DNA of 64,000 nt from the human T2T-CHM13v2.0 reference genome, Homo sapiens. Made by a program: the position numbers and the translations under genes. Under the pieces are notes generated by a model, which was given only the letters and a program-made list of their open reading frames with translations, was not told the origin of the DNA and did not search any database. Positions 16,101-35,200 of this stretch are shown piece by piece. Each line of letters opens with the position of its first letter. Position 1 is the first letter of the stretch. The stretch spans positions 1,024,001-1,088,000 of the forward strand of contig CP068257.2 in NCBI GenBank assembly GCA_009914755.4, in the 5' to 3' direction.

Positions 16101-19100
16101 GCTCTGCCTACAGGGGCATTGCGATGTATCTCTGCCCTGATCGCCTAGGTCATGTAACTGTTGTCTATGATCTGCCTACAGTGGCATTGTGACATATCTC
16201 TGCACAGATCACCCAGGTGTTGTAAATCTTTTCTAGGATCTCCTACAGGGTGCTTTGTGACACATCGCTGCAATGATCACCCAGGTGATTTACCTCTTGT
16301 CAAGTCTCTGCCTACAGGGACATTGCGATGTATTTCTGCACTGATCACCTAGGTCATGTAACTCTTGTCTAGGCTCTGCCTACAGTGGCATTGTGACATA
16401 TCTCTTCACTGATCACCCAGGAGATGTGACTCTTGTCTAAGCTCTGCCTAGAGGGACATTGGGACATATCTCTGCACTGATCGCTGAGGTGGTGTAAAAG
16501 TTGTTTAGGCTTTGCCTACAGTGGGATTTATGACATATCTCTGCACTGATCACCCAGGTGATGTAACTCTTATCTAGGCTCTGCTTACAGGGGGCATCGT
16601 GAGATATCTCTGCACTGATCACGCAGGTACTGTAACTCTTGTCTAGGCTCTGCTACAGGGGCATTTTAATATATCACTGCACTGATCACTGAGATGATGC
16701 AACTACTCTCTGAGATCTGCTTACAGGGCGCATTGTGACATATCTCTGCACTGATCACCCAGGTGATATAACTGTTGTATAAGCTCTGCCTATAGGGGAA
16801 TTGTGAGAGATATCGCCACTGATCACTCAATTGATGTAACTATTGTCTTGGCTTTGCCTAAAGGGGGCTTTGTGACATACCTTTGTACTGATCACCCAGG
16901 TGATGTAAGTCATCTAATTTCTGCCTACAGGAGCTTTGTGACATATCTCAGCACAGATCTCTTAGGTGATGTAACACTTTTTAAGCACTTCCTACAGGGA
17001 ATTATTACAAATCTCTGCACTGATCACCTAGGTGATGTAACTATTTTCTAGGATCTGCCTACAGGGTGCTTTGTGACATAACCCTGCACTGATCACCCAG
17101 GTGATATACCTTTTGTCAAGGCTCTGCCTACAGGGACATTGCGATGTATCTCTGCATTGATCACCTAGGTCATGTAACTCTTGTCTAGGCTCTGCCTACA
17201 GTGGCATTGTGACATAACTCTGCACTGCTCGTCCAGGTGATGGGGCTTTTGTCTAGGCTCTTCCTAAGGGGGCATTGTGACATGTTTCTGCACTGATCAC
17301 CCAGGTGACGGACTCTTGTCTTGGATCTGCCAATGGGGGCATTGTGATATAACTCTGCACTGTTCACCCAGGTGATGTAACGGATTTATAAGCTCTGCCT
17401 ACAGGGGAATTGGGAGAGATCTCGCCACTGATAACCCAAATGATGTATCTATTGTCTAGCCTTTGCCTACAGGGGGCTTTGTGACATACCTTTGCACTGA
17501 TCACCCAGGTGATGTAACTCTTGTCTAGGCTCTGCCTATAGAGGGCTTGTGACATATCTCCCCAGTGATCACGCAGGTGATGTAACTCTTGTCTATATCT
17601 GCCTACTGTCGGCATTGTAGCATATTTCTGCAATGATCACCGAGGTGATGGACTCTTGTATTGGATCTGCCTATGGGGGTATAGTGACATATCTCAGCAC
17701 TGATCACTCATGTGATGTAACGTTTGTTTAAGCTGCTACTGAAGAGGAATTGTGACAGATAACTCCACTGATCACCCAGGTGAAGTAACAATTTTCTGGG
17801 ATTTGTTTAGAGGGGGCTTTGTGACATATATTTGCACTGATCACACAGGAGACGTAACTCTTGTCTAGGCTCGGCCTACAGGTGCTTTGTGACATATTTC
17901 TGCACTGATCACCCAGGTGATGTAACACTTGTTTAGGCTCTGCCTACAGGGACTTTGTGACGTATCTCTGCACTGATCACCCAGGTGATGTAACTCTTGT
18001 CTAGGCTCCACTTACAGGGGCTATTGTGACGTATATCTGCACTGATCACCCAGTTGATGTAACGTTTATCTAGGCTCTGCCAACAGGGGAGTTTTGACAT
18101 AGCTCTGCACAGATCACCTAGGTTATGTAACTCTTGTCCACTCTCTGCCTACAGGGGGCATTGTGAAATATATCTGCACTGATCACCTAGGTGATGGGAC
18201 TCTTCTTTATACTCTGCCTAGAGGGGGATTTGTGACATATCTCTGCAATGATCACCCGGGTGATGGGACTCTTCTGTATACTCTGCCTGGAGGGGGATTT
18301 GTGACATATCTCTGCACTGATGACCCAGGTGATGGAAGACTTGTCTAGGCTCTGTCTATGGGGGCATTGTGTCAAATATCTGCACTGATCACCCAGGTGA
18401 TGTAACTCTTGTCTAGGCTCTTTCTACAGGGATTTTTGTGACATATCACTGCACTGGTCACCTAGGTGATGTAAGCCTTGTATGGGCTTTGCGTACAGAA
18501 GGCTTTGTGATATATCTATGCACTGATCTCTGAGATGATGCAACTCTTGTCTAGGCACTGCCAACAGGGGACATTGGTACATATCTCTGCACTGATCACC
18601 CAGGTGATGGACTCTTGTCTTAGATCTGCCTACATGGATATTGTGACACACCTCTGAACTGATTAACCAAGTGATGAACCTCTTGTCTATGCTCTGCCTA
18701 CAGGGGCTTTGTGATACATCTCTGCACTGATTACTCTGGGGAGGAAACTCTTGTCTACGCTCTGCCTACAGGAGTCTTTATGACTTATACCTGCACTGAT
18801 AACCTATGTGATGTAACATTTGTCTAGGTTCTGCCTACACGGGAATTCTCAAAAATGTCTGCACTGGTCACCCAGGTGATGTAACTCCTGTCTAGGTTCA
18901 GCCTACAGAAGCGTTTTGACATATCTCTGCACTGATCACCCAGGTGATGTAACACTTGTCTAAGCTCTGCCTACAGGGGCATTGTGACAGATCTCTCCAC
19001 TGCTCACCCAGGTGATATAATATTTGTCTGGGTTTTGCCTACAGGGGGCTTTGGGATATACATTTCCACTGATCAAACAGGTGATGTAACCCTTGTCAAG

Positions 19101-19525
19101 GTTCTGCTTACAGGGGCTTTGAGACATATCTCTGCACTGATCACCCCTGAGAGGAAACACTTGTCTACACTCTGCCTACAGAAGGTTTTATGACTTATCC
19201 CTGCACTGATCACTATGTGATGTAACACTTGTCTAGGCTCTGTCAACACGGGAATTTTCACATATCTCTACACTGATCACCTAAGTGATGTAACCCTTGT
19301 CTAGGTTCAGCCTACTGGGGATTTCTGACATACTTATGCACTGGTCACTGAGGTGATGTAAATCATTTCCAGGCTTTTTGTACAGGGGACATTGTGACAT
19401 ATCTCTGCACTGATCACACAAATGATGCAAATCTTCTCTTGGCTCTGCAGGGATGGGGTATTGTGACATATTTCTGAACAGATCATCCAGGAGATGTAAC
19501 TATTCTCCAGGCTTTGACTAAAGAG
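10146..19525. repeat. beta-satellite tandem array, orientation A
   Basis: 68-bp GATC-containing monomers as above. Monomer-variant blocks recur, including the upstream unit flank at 18.2-19.5 kb. Confidence 0.9.
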
Positions 19526-20222
19526 CGTCGGAAGGTGTTGGGAGAGCCTCAGCTGGAAATTCACAGAGGGACAAGGGCACAGAGAGGCCAGCGGGCTCCC
19601 TTGCACGTCAGCCGGGGTGCGCAATGAGCGCAGGTCTAGCCAGGAGGATGGCAAGGAGAGCTAGAGGTCTGCGTTCCGCTGGCAGGCGCTCCATGGTGGC
19701 AACTGGGAGGCTGCCGGGGCATGGGCGGGTTGGCGACGGTGGCGCGGAGGCGCAGAAGAGGCGACCCACCAGAGGGCTGTCAGGCCTGGATGCTGCGCGG
19801 GCCCGGAGTTTCACGGGACAGGGGTCTCCTCCCAGCCAAGGGGAGGACACATTTTCCGGGGGTGGGGTTTGGGGTGGGGGTGTGGTCAAGCGGGGGTGGG
19901 GTGGTGGAAAGACATGAGAGCTCTGCACGGGCTGCTCCCACAGCCCAGGTGGCTGCCCGCAAACCCGCACCTGTGCAGTAGGCGGCCCACATGCTGGTAC
20001 CTGGTCAGGCTCTGGAATCCCCAGGATGCCCAGGAAAGAATGGCAGTTCTCTGCTGTGTGGAGCCTCTCACCGGGCCTAGACATAGAAGGCAGGAATCCT
20101 AGGTCAGTCAGCCCGGTGGAGGGGGCGGGGAGAGGGCACGCCCCTCCATAGCCATCCAGGTGTTCCCGGCGAAATAGAGGCCACCGCCCTGCCCCGACCC
20201 GATACCTTCCCAACCCTGCGTC

Positions 20223-21891
<1,669 letters not shown>

Positions 21892-22270
21892 TCAGCAGGG
21901 AGAAACCGGCCTGGGAGGGTGGAGGAGAGTGTGGAACTGAACCTCCGTGGGAGTCTTGAGTGTTCCAGGCCCTCTCTCCGTGAAGGAGGCCGTGCCTGTT
22001 GGTGTCTCCGTTGCCAGGACAGTCTCACACACGCAGGCGTGTGGCTCTCGTTCATTTCCACGTAGGAAACCAGAGCGAGATCCCAGAGAGAAGATGCCTC
22101 CCCGGCGTGATGACCTGATGATGGATTCCCGTGTGCGGCAACATGGGTAGTCTGCAGTGTGGCCAGTGTGGAAACTGGCAAGGAGAGCGAAGGCACCATG
22201 CCGGTCTTCCCCCCTGCCCTGCATGTTTCCGGGTACCCGTAGAGCTCCGGGAGCAAAGAGTCAGCATGAC

Positions 22271-25200
22271 ACATCTCTGAACTGATCAACAAAGTGATGT
22301 AACACTTGTCTAGGCTCTGCCTACATCGGCTTTGTGACATATCTCTGCACTGATCACCCAGGTAATGGGACTCTTGTCTAGGCTGTGTGTATGGGGGCTT
22401 TGTGACATATCTCTGCACTGATCACCCAGGTAATGGGGCTCTTGTCTAGGCTGTGTGTATGGGGGCTTTGTGACATATCTCTGCACTGATCACCCAGGTG
22501 ATGTAACGCTTGACTAGGCTCTGCCTACGGGGCATAGTGACATATCACTGCATTGATCACTGAGGTGATGTAACTCTTGTCCAGGCTCTGCCTATAGGGG
22601 GCCTTGTGACATATCTCTGGACTGATCATCTAGGTGATGTAACTGTTGCTTATGCTCTGCCTGCAGGGACATTGTGAAATATCTCTGCACTGATCCCCTA
22701 GGTGATGGGACACCTCTCTAGGCTCTGCCTACTGGGGGCATTGTCACATATTTTTGCACTGATCACCCAGGTGATGGACTCTTGTCTTGGATTTGCCTAG
22801 GGGGTCATTGTGACATATCACTGCACTGATCACCCAGGTGATGTAACCCTGGTTTAAGCTCTGCCTAAAGGGGCATTGTGACAGATCTCTGCACTGATCA
22901 CTCAGGTGATGTAACTATTGCCTAGGCTCTGCTTAAAGAGGCCTTGTCACTTATCTCTACACTGATCACCCAGGTGATGTAACTATTGTCTAGGATCTGC
23001 TTTCAGGGGGTATTGTGACATATCTCTGCATGGATCACCTAAGTGTTGTAACACTTGTGTAGGCTCTGCCTACAGGGGCATTTTGACATATCTCTGCACT
23101 GTTAAAAGAGGTGATGTAACTCTTGTCTAGGCTGTGCACATAGGGGGATTGAGATATATCTCTGCACTGTTCCCGAGGTGATCCAACTCTTGCCTGGTCT
23201 CTGCCTACTGGGAAAATTGTGACATATATCTGCACTGATCTCCCAGGTGCTGTAAATTTAGTCCAGGCTCTGGCTACATGGCATGGTGACATATCACTGC
23301 ACTGATCACCCTGCTGATATAACTCTTCTCTAGGATCTGCCTACAGGGTACTTTGTGACATATCCCTGCAATGGTCACCCAGGTGATATACCACTTGTCA
23401 AGGCTCTGCCTACAGGGACATTGCGATGTATCTCTGCACTGACAACCTAGGTCATATAACTCTTGTCTAGGATCTGCCTACAGTGGCATTGTGACATATC
23501 TCTGCACTGATCATCCAAGTGATGTAACATTTGTCTAGGATCTGCCTAAAGGGACTTTGTGACATAACTCTCCACTGATTATCCAGGTGATTGGGCTTTT
23601 GTCAAGGCTCTGTCTAAGGGGGCCTTGTGACATATTTCTGCACTGATCACACACGTGACGGACTCTTGTCTTGGATCTGCCTGTGGGGGCATTGTGACAA
23701 ATCTCTGCACTGATCACTCAGGTGTTGTAACTGTTGTATAACCTCTGCCTACAGGGGAATTGTGAGAGATCTCGCCACTTATCAACCAAGTGATGTAACG
23801 ATAGTCTAGGCTTTCCCTACAGGGTGCTTTGTGACATACCTTTGTACTGATCATCCAGCTGATGTAACTCATCTAAGTTCTGCCTCCAGGAGCTTTGTGA
23901 CATATCTCTGCACTGATCACTTATGCGATGTAACAGTTTTATAAGCACTGCCTACAGGGAATTTTGACAAATCTCTGCACTGATCACCTAGGTGATGTAA
24001 CTCTTGTCTACCCACTGTGCAAAGGGGTCATTGTGAAATATCTCTGCACTGAACACCCACGTGATTCAACTCTTGTTTAGGATCTGCCTACAGGGGGTAT
24101 TGTGAAATATATCTGCACTGATCAACTAGGTGATGTAACTCTTGTCTAGGCTCTGCCCTCAGGGGCATTTTCACATATCACTGAACTGATGACAAAGGTG
24201 ATGTAACACTTGCCTAGGCTTTGCCTACAGGGGCATTGTGACATACCTCTGCACTGATCACTCAGGTGATGCAACTCTTCTCTATGTTCTGCCTACAGGG
24301 GGCATTGTGACATATCTCTGCACTGATCACCCAGGTGATGTAACTCTTCTCTAGTCTCTGCCTACAGAAGGCGTTGTGACATCACTCTGCACGGATCACC
24401 CGTGTTATGTAACTCTTGTCTAGGCTCTGCCTACCGGGGCATTGTGACTTATCTCTGCACTGATCACCCAGGAGATGTGACTCTTTTCTAAGCTATGCCT
24501 AGAGGGACATTGGGACATATCTCTTCACTGATCGCTGACGTGATGTAAAACTTGTCTTGGATTTGCCTACAGTGGGATTTATGACATATCTCTGCACTGA
24601 TCACCCAGGTGATGTAACTCTTGTCTATGCTCTGCTTACAGGGCGTATTGTGAGATATCTCTGCACTGATCACCCAGTTTATGTAACTCTTCTCTAGGCT
24701 CTGCCTATAGGGGCATTTTCACATATCACTGCACTGATCAACGAGATTATGTAACTTTTGTATAGGCTTTGCTGACAGGGGGCATTGAGACATATCTCTG
24801 CACTGATCACTGAGGTGATGCAACTCTTCTCTGGGATCTGCTTACAGGGGGCATTGTGACATATCTCTTCCTTGATCATCCAGGTGATGTAACTCTTGTC
24901 TAGGCTCAGCCTACTCGAGGAATTGTGAGATATCTCCGCACTGATCACCCAGGTGATGTCACTTTTTTCAAGGATATGGCTACAGGGACATTGTGACGTG
25001 TCACTGCACTGATCACACAGCTGATGTAACACTTGTCTAGGCTCTGGCTACAGAGGGCTTGTGACATATCTCTGCACTGATAACCCAGGTAATGTAACAT
25101 TTATCCAGCCTCTGCCTACAGGGGCGTTTTGACATAGCTCTGCACAGATCACCTAGGTTATGTAACTCCTGTCCACTCTCTGCCTACAGGGGTCATTGCA

Positions 25201-26490
25201 AAATATCTCTGCTCTGATCACCCAGGTGATGGGACTCTTCTCTATACTCTGCCTAGAGGGGGATTTGCGACATGTATCTGCACTGATCACCCAGGTGATG
25301 GAAGTCTTGTCTAGGGTCTGTCTATGGGGACATTGTGTCAAATATCTGCACTGATCACCCAGGTGATGTAACTCTTGTCTAGGCTCTGTCTACCGGGATT
25401 TTTGTGACATATCACTGCACTGATCACCTAGGTGATGTAAGTCTTGTATTGTCTTTGCCTACAGAGTGCTTTGTGATATATCTATGCACTGATCTCTGAG
25501 GTGATGCAGCTCTTGTCTAGGCACTGCCTACAGGGGACATTGGCACATCTCTCTGCACTGATCACCCAGGTGATGGACTCTTGTCTTAGATCTGCCTACA
25601 TGGTCTTTGTGACACATCTGTGAACTGATCAACCCAGTGATGAAACTCTTGTCTAGGCTCTGCCTACAGGGGCTTTGTGACACATCTCTGCACTAATTGC
25701 CCTGGAGAGGGAACTCTTGTCTAGGCTCTGCTTACAGGAGGCTTTATGACTTTTACCTGCACTGATTACCTAGGTGATGTAACACTTGTGTAGACTCTGC
25801 CTACACTGGAATTCTCACATATCTCTGCACTGATCACCCGGGTGATGTAACTCCTTTCTAGGTTCAGCCTACAGGAGTGTTTTGATATATCTCTGCACTG
25901 ATCACCCAGGTGATGTAACACTTGTCTAAGCTCTGCCTACATGGGCATTGTGACAGATCTCTCCACTGCTCACCCAGGTGATGTAACAATTCTCTGGGAT
26001 TTGCCTACAAGGGGCTTTGGGATATACATTTCCACTGATCAAACAGGTGATGTAACCCTTGTCAAGGTTCTGCTTACAGGGGCTTTGAGACATATCTCTG
26101 CACTGATCACCCCTGAGAGGAAACACTTGTCTACACTCTGCCTACAGAAGGCTTTACGACTTATCCCTGCACTGATCACTAGGTGATGTAACACTTGTCT
26201 AGGCTCTGTCTACACGGGAATTTTCACATATGTCTACACTGATCACCTAAGTGATGTAATCCTTGTCTAGGTTTAGCCTACTGGGGATTTCTGACATACC
26301 TATGCACTGATCACCGAGGTGATGTAAATCATTTCCAGGCTTTTTGTACAGGGGACATTGTGATATATCTCTGCACTGATCACCCAAGTGATGCAAATCT
26401 TCTCTAGCCTCCGCAGGGAGGGGGCATTGTGACATATTTCTGAACTGACCATCCAGGAGATGTAACTATTCTCCCGGCTTTGACTAATGA
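22271..26490. repeat. beta-satellite tandem array, orientation A
   Basis: 68-bp monomers. The first ~5 monomers after the unit are shared with the arrays after units 3, 4 and 5. Confidence 0.9.
22351..22486. repeat. two adjacent near-identical 68-bp monomers (recent single-monomer duplication)
   Basis: Monomers 22351-22418 and 22419-22486 differ at one base (gggact vs ggggct). The homologous flanks after units 3-5 have a single copy. Confidence 0.7.
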
Positions 26491-27191
26491 GCGTTGGAAG
26501 GTGTTGGGAGAGCCTCAGTCGGAATTTCACGGACGGACAAGGGCACAGAGAGGCCAGCGGGCTCCCTTGCACGTCAGCCGGGGTGCGCAATGAGCGCAGG
26601 TCTAGCCAGGAGGCTGGCAAAGAGAGCTAGAGGTCTGCGTTCCGTTGCCAGGCGCTCCATGGTGGCAGCTGGGAGGCTACAGGGGCACGGGCGGGCTGGC
26701 GATGGTGACGCAGAGGCGCAGAGGAGGTGAGCTGCCGGAAGGGTGTCATGCCTGGATGCTGCGTGGACCCGATGTTTCACGGGACGGTGGTCTCCACCCA
26801 GGCCAGGGGAGGACGCATTTTCCGGGGGTGGGGGGTGGGGGTGGGAAGGGTGTTGTCAGGAGTGGGAGGGGTGTTGGAAAGGCAAGAGAGCTCTGCCCGG
26901 GCTGCTCCCAAAGCCCAGGTGGCTGCCCGCAAACCCGCGTGTGCGCAGAAGGTGGCCCAACTGCTGGTACCTGGGCCGGCTCTGGGATCCCTGGGTTGTC
27001 CACGAAAGAATGGCAGTTCTCCGCTGTGTGGAGCCTCTCATCAGGCCTACACCTAGAAGGCAGGACTCACAGCCCGGTCAGCCCGGTGGAGAGGGCAGTG
27101 GAACACACGCCCCTCCATAGCCAGCCAGGTGTTCCCCGCGAAAGAGAGGCCACCGCCATGCCCCGACACGACCCCATCCCAACCCCGCGTC

Positions 27192-29215
<2,024 letters not shown>

Positions 29216-29250
29216 TCAGAGCTCCAGGAGCAAACAGTCAGCATGACACA

Positions 29251-32200
29251 TCTCTGAACTGATCAACAAAGTAATGTAACTCTTGTCTAGGCTCTGCCTA
29301 CAGGGGCTTTGTGACATATCTCTGCAGTGATCACCCAGGTGATGGGACCTTTGTCTAGGCTCTGCCTATGGGGGCATTGTGACATATCTCTACACTGATC
29401 ACCAAGGTGATGCAACTCTTGTGTTGGATCTGCCTATGGGGGCATTGTGACATATTTCTGCACTGATCACCCAGGTGATGGGACATTTGTCTAGGCTCCG
29501 TGTATGGGGGCTTTGCGACATATCTGATCACTGATCACCCAGGTGATGTAACCCTTGACTAGGCCCTCCCTACGGGGCATAGTGACATATCACTGTATTG
29601 ATCACTGAGGTGATGTAACTCTTGTCCAGGCTCTCCCTCTAGGGGGCCTAGTGACATATTTCTGCACTGATCATCTAGGTGATGTAACTCCCTCTGACAC
29701 TCTACCTGCAGGGGCACTGTGAAATATCTCTGCACTGATCATCCAGGTGATGGGACTCTTCTCTAGGCTTTGCCTACTGTGGGCATTGTCACATATTTCT
29801 GCACTGATCACCCAGGTGACGGACTCTTGTCTTGTATTTGCCTATGGGGACATTGTGACATATCTCTGCACTGATCACCCACGTGATGTAACTCTGGTCT
29901 AAGCTCTGCCTAAAGGGGCATTGTGAGAGATCTCTGCACTGATCACTCAGGTGATGTAACTATTGTCTAGGCTCTGCTTAAAGGGGCCTTGTCACATATC
30001 TGTTAACTGATCACCCAGGTGTTGTAACCCTTGCCTAGGCTCTGCCTACAGGAGCTTTGTGACATATCTCTGCACTGATCACTTAGGTGATGTGACACTT
30101 TTATAAGCAGTGCCTACAGGGAATTTTGACAAATCTCTGCACTGATCACTTAGGTGATGTAATTCTTGTCTACCCTCTGCCCAAAGGGGGCATTGTGAAA
30201 TGTCTCTGCTCTGATCACCCAGGTGATTCAACTCCTGTCTAGGATCTGCCTACAGGAGAATTGTGAAATATCTCTGTACTGATCAACTAGGTGATGTAAC
30301 TCTTGTCAAGGCTCTGCCTACAAGGGCGTTTTCACATATCCCTGAACTGATAACAAAGGTGATGTAACGCCTACAGGGGACATTGTGATATATAGCTGCA
30401 CTGATAACCCAGGTGATGCAACTCTTCTCTATGCTCTGCCTACAGGGGACATTGTGTCATATCTCTGCACTGATCACCCAGGTGATGCAACTCTTCTCTA
30501 TGCTCTGCCTACAGGGGACATTGTGACATATCTCTGCACTGATCGCTGAGATGATTTAAAACGTGTCTAGGCTTTGCCTACAGTGGGATTTATGACATTT
30601 CTCTGCACTGGTCACCGATGTGATGTAACTCTTCTCTAGGCTCTGCTTAAAGGGGCTATTGTGAGATATCTCTGCACTGATCACCCAGGTGATGTAACTC
30701 TTGTCTAGGCTATGCCTACAGGTGCATTTTCACATATCACTGCACTGATCACCGAGATTATGTAACTCTTGTAAAGGCTTTGCCAACAAGGGGCATTGAG
30801 ACATGTCTCTGCACTGATTACCGAGGTGATGCAACTCTGGTCTGGTATCTGCCTACAGGGGGCATTGTGACATATCTTTGCCCGGAACACCCAGATGATG
30901 TAACTCTTGTCTAGGCTCTACCTACAGGAGGCATTGTGACATATCTCCGCACTGATCACCCAGGTGATGTCATTTTATCAAGGATATGGCTACAGCGATA
31001 TTGTGACATCTCACTGCACTGATCACACAGGTGATGTAACATTATCTAGGCTCTGCCTACCGTGGCGTTTTGACATAGCTCTGCACAGATCACCTAGGTT
31101 ATGTAACTCTTGTCCACTCTCTGCCTACAGGGGGCATTGTGAAATATCTCTGCACGGATCACCCAGGTGATGGGACTCTTCTCTATACTCTGCCTAGAGG
31201 GGAATTTGTGACATATCTCTGCACTGATCAACCAGGTGATGGAAGTCTTGTCTAGGCTCTGTCTATGGGGACATTGTGTCAAATATCTGCACTGATCACC
31301 CAGGTAATGTAACTCTTTCCTAGACTCTGTCTACAGGGATTTTTGTGACATATCACTGCACTGATCACCTAGGTGATGTAAGCCTTGTATGAGCTTTGCC
31401 TACAGAAGGCTTTGTGACATATCTATGCACTGATCTCTGAGGTGATGCAACTCTTGTCTAGGCACTGCCTACATTGGACATTGGTACATATCTCTGCACT
31501 GATCACCCAGGTGATGGACTCTTGTCTTAGATCTGCCTACATGGACATAGTGACACATCTCTGAACTGATCAACCAAGTGATGAAACTATTGTCTAGGCT
31601 CTGCCTACAAGGGCTTTGTGACACATCTCTGCACTGATCACCCTGCTGATGTAAGTCTGGTCTAAGGTCTGCCTAAAGGGGCATTGTGACAGATCTCTGC
31701 ACTGATCACTCCGGTGATGTAACTATTGTCTAAGCTCTGCTTTAAGGGGCTTTGTCACATATCTCTGCACTGATAACCCAGGTGATGTAACACTTCTCTA
31801 CGCTCTGCTTACAGGGAGTATTGTGTCTTATCTCTGCACTGATCACCTAAGTGATATAACTATTGTGTAGGCTCTGCCTACAGGGGCATTTTGACATATC
31901 TCTGCACTGTTAACCGAGGTAATGTAACTCTTGTCTAGGCTGTGCCCACAGGGGGATTGAGACATATCTCTGCCCTGATCCCGAGGTGATCCAACTCTTG
32001 CCTGGTCTCTGCCTACTGGGGACATTGTGACTTATCTCTGCAATGATCTCCCAGGTGCTGTAACTATTGCCTAGGCTCTGGCTACACGGCATTGTGACAT
32101 ATCACTGCACTGATCACCCTGGTGATATAACACTTGTCTAGGCTCTGCCTACAAGGGGCTTGTGACATATCCCTGCAATGATCACCTACGTGATGTACCA

Positions 32201-35200
32201 ATTGTCAAGGCTCTGCCTACAGGGACATTGCGATGAATCTCTGCACTGATCACCTAGGTCATGGAACCCTTGTCTAGGTTCTGCATACAGTGGCATTGTG
32301 ACATATCTCTACACTGATCACCCAGGTGATGTAACTCTTTCCTAGGATCTGCCTACAGGATACTTTGTGACATATCCCTGCAATTTTCACCCAGATGATG
32401 TACCACTTTTCAAGGCTCTGGCTACAGGGACATTGCGATGTATCTCTGCACTGATCACCTAGGTCATGTAACTCTTGTCTAGTCTATGCCTACAATGGCA
32501 TTGTGACATATCTCTGCACTAATCATCCAAGTGATGTAACACTTGTCTAGGATCTGCCTAAAGGGACTTTGTGACATAATTCTGCACTGATCATCCAGGT
32601 GAGTGGGCTTTTGTCTAGGCTCTGCCTAAGGGGTCATTATGACATATTTCTGCACTGATCACCAAGGTGACGAACTGTTGTCTTGGATCTGCCTATGGGG
32701 TCATTGTGACATATCTCTGCACTGATCACCCAGGTGATGTAACTGTTGTATAAGCTCTGCCTACAGGGGAATTGTAAGAGATCTCGCCACTCATCACCCA
32801 AGTGATGTAACCATTTTCTAGGCTTTGCCTACAGGGGGCTTTGTGACATATCTTTGCACTGATCACCCAGGTGATGTAACTCATCTAAGTTCTGCCTACA
32901 GGAGCTTTGTGACATATCTCTGCACTGATCACTTAGGTGATGTAACACTTTTATAAGCACTGCCTACAGGGAATTTTGACAAATCTCTGCAGTGATCACC
33001 TAGGTGATGTAACTCTTTTCTAGAATCTGCCTACAGGGTGCTTTGTGACATATCCCTCCAATGATCATGCAGGTGATGTACCAGTTGTCAAAGCTCTGCC
33101 TACTGGGACATTGTGATGTATCTCTGCACTGATCACCTAGGTCATGTAACTCTTGTCTAGACTCTGCCTTCAGTGGCACTGTGACATATCTCTGCACAGA
33201 TCAGCAAGATGATTCAACTCTTCTCTAGGATCTGCCTACAGGGGGTATTGTGAAATATCACTGCACTGATCAACTAGGTGGTGTAACTCTTGTCTGGGCT
33301 CTGCCTACGGGGTCGTTTTTACATATCCCTGAACTGATGACAAAAGTGTTGTAACTCTTGCCTAGGATTTGCCTACAGGGGACATTATGACATATCTCTG
33401 CACTGATCACCCAGGTGATGCAACTCTTTTCTGTGCTCTGCCTACAGGGGACATTGTGACATATCTCTGCACTGATCACCCAGGTGATGCAACTCTTCTC
33501 TATGCTCTGCCTACAGGGGGCATATTGACATATCTCTGCACTGATCACCCAGGTGATGTAACTCTTTTTTAGTCTCTGCCTACAGAGGGCGTTGTGACAT
33601 GACTCTGCACGGATCACCAGGGTTATGGAACTCTTGTCTATGCTCTGCCTACGGAGGCATTGTGACTTATCTCTGCACTGATCACCCAGGAGATGTGACA
33701 CTTGTCCAAGCTCTGCCTAGAGGGACATTGGGACATATCTCTGCACTGATCGCTGAAGTGATGTAAAACTTGTCTAGACTTTGCCTACTGTGGGATTTAT
33801 GACATATCTCTGCACTGATCACCCAGGTGATGTAACTATTTTTTAGGCTCTACTTACAGGGGGTATGGTGAGATATCTCTGCACTGATCACCCAGGTGAT
33901 GTAACTGTTGCCTAGGCGCTGCCTACAGGGGCATTTTAACATATCACTGAATGGATCACCGAGATGATGTAACTCTTGTTTAGGCTTCGCGGTCACGGGA
34001 CATTGAGACATATCTCTGCACTGATCACCGAGGTGATGCAACTCTTTTCTGGGATGTGCTTACAGGGGGCATTGTGACATATCTCTGCCCTGATCCCCCA
34101 GGTTATGTCGCTTTTGTCAAGGATATGGCTACAGGGGCATGGTGACATGTCACTGCACTGATCACACAGCTGATGTAACACTTGTCTAGGCTCTGGCTAC
34201 AGGGGCCTTGTGACACATCTCTGCACTGATCACCCAGGTGATGTAACCATTGTCTAGGCTCTCCCAAATGGGGCATTGTGACATAACTCTGAACTGATCA
34301 CGCAGGTGATGGGACTCTTGTCTAGGCTCTGCCTACAGGGGCATTGTGACATATCTCTGCAGTGATCACGCAGGTGATGTAACTCTTGTCTATATCTGCC
34401 TACTGGCGGCATTGTGGCATATTTCTGCACTGATCACCCAGGTGATGGGCTCTTGTCTTGGATCTGCCTATGGGGTCATAGTGACATATCTCTGCACTGA
34501 TCACTCTTGTGATGTAACGCTTGCCTAAGCTGCGCCTAAAGGGGAATTGTGACAGATATCTCCACTGATCACCCAGGTGATGTAACAATTTTCTGGTATT
34601 TGTCTAGAGGGGGCTTTGTGACATATCTTTGCACTGATCACCCAGGAGATGTATCTCTTGTTTAGACTCTGCCTACAGGTGCTTTGTGACATATTTCTGT
34701 ACTGATCACCCAGGTGATGTAACTCTTCTCTAGGCTCCGCCTACAGGGGTTATTGTGACGTATCTCTGCACTGATCACCCAGGTGATGTAGTTCTTGTCT
34801 AGGCTCCACCTAAGGGGGTATTGTGACGTATCTCTGCACTTATCACCCAGGTGATGTAACATTTATCTAGGCTCTGCCTGCAGGGGCGTTTTGACATAGC
34901 TCTGCACTGATCACCTAGATTATGTAACTCTTGTCCACTCTCTGCCTACAGGGGGCATTGTGAAATATATCCGCATTGATCACCCAGGTGATGGGACTCT
35001 TCTCTATACTCTGCTTAGAGAGGCATATGTAACATATCTCTGCACTGCTCACCCAGGTGATGTAACTCTTGTGTAGGCTCTGCTTACAGGGGAATTGTGA
35101 GATATCCCTGCACTGATCACCCAGCTGATGTAACTCTGGTCTAAGCTCTGCCTAAAGGGGCATTGTGACAGACCTCTGCACTGATCACTCAGGTGATGTA

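Noticed and set aside
19608-20213. 201/202-aa minus-strand ORFs in the unit region downstream of the DUX4-like stop (also 58184..58792, 7636..8073)
   Set aside because: They are GC-rich, P/G/R-rich, and lie in the 3' flank of the DUX4-like gene. Their frames differ between copies. There is no recognisable domain.
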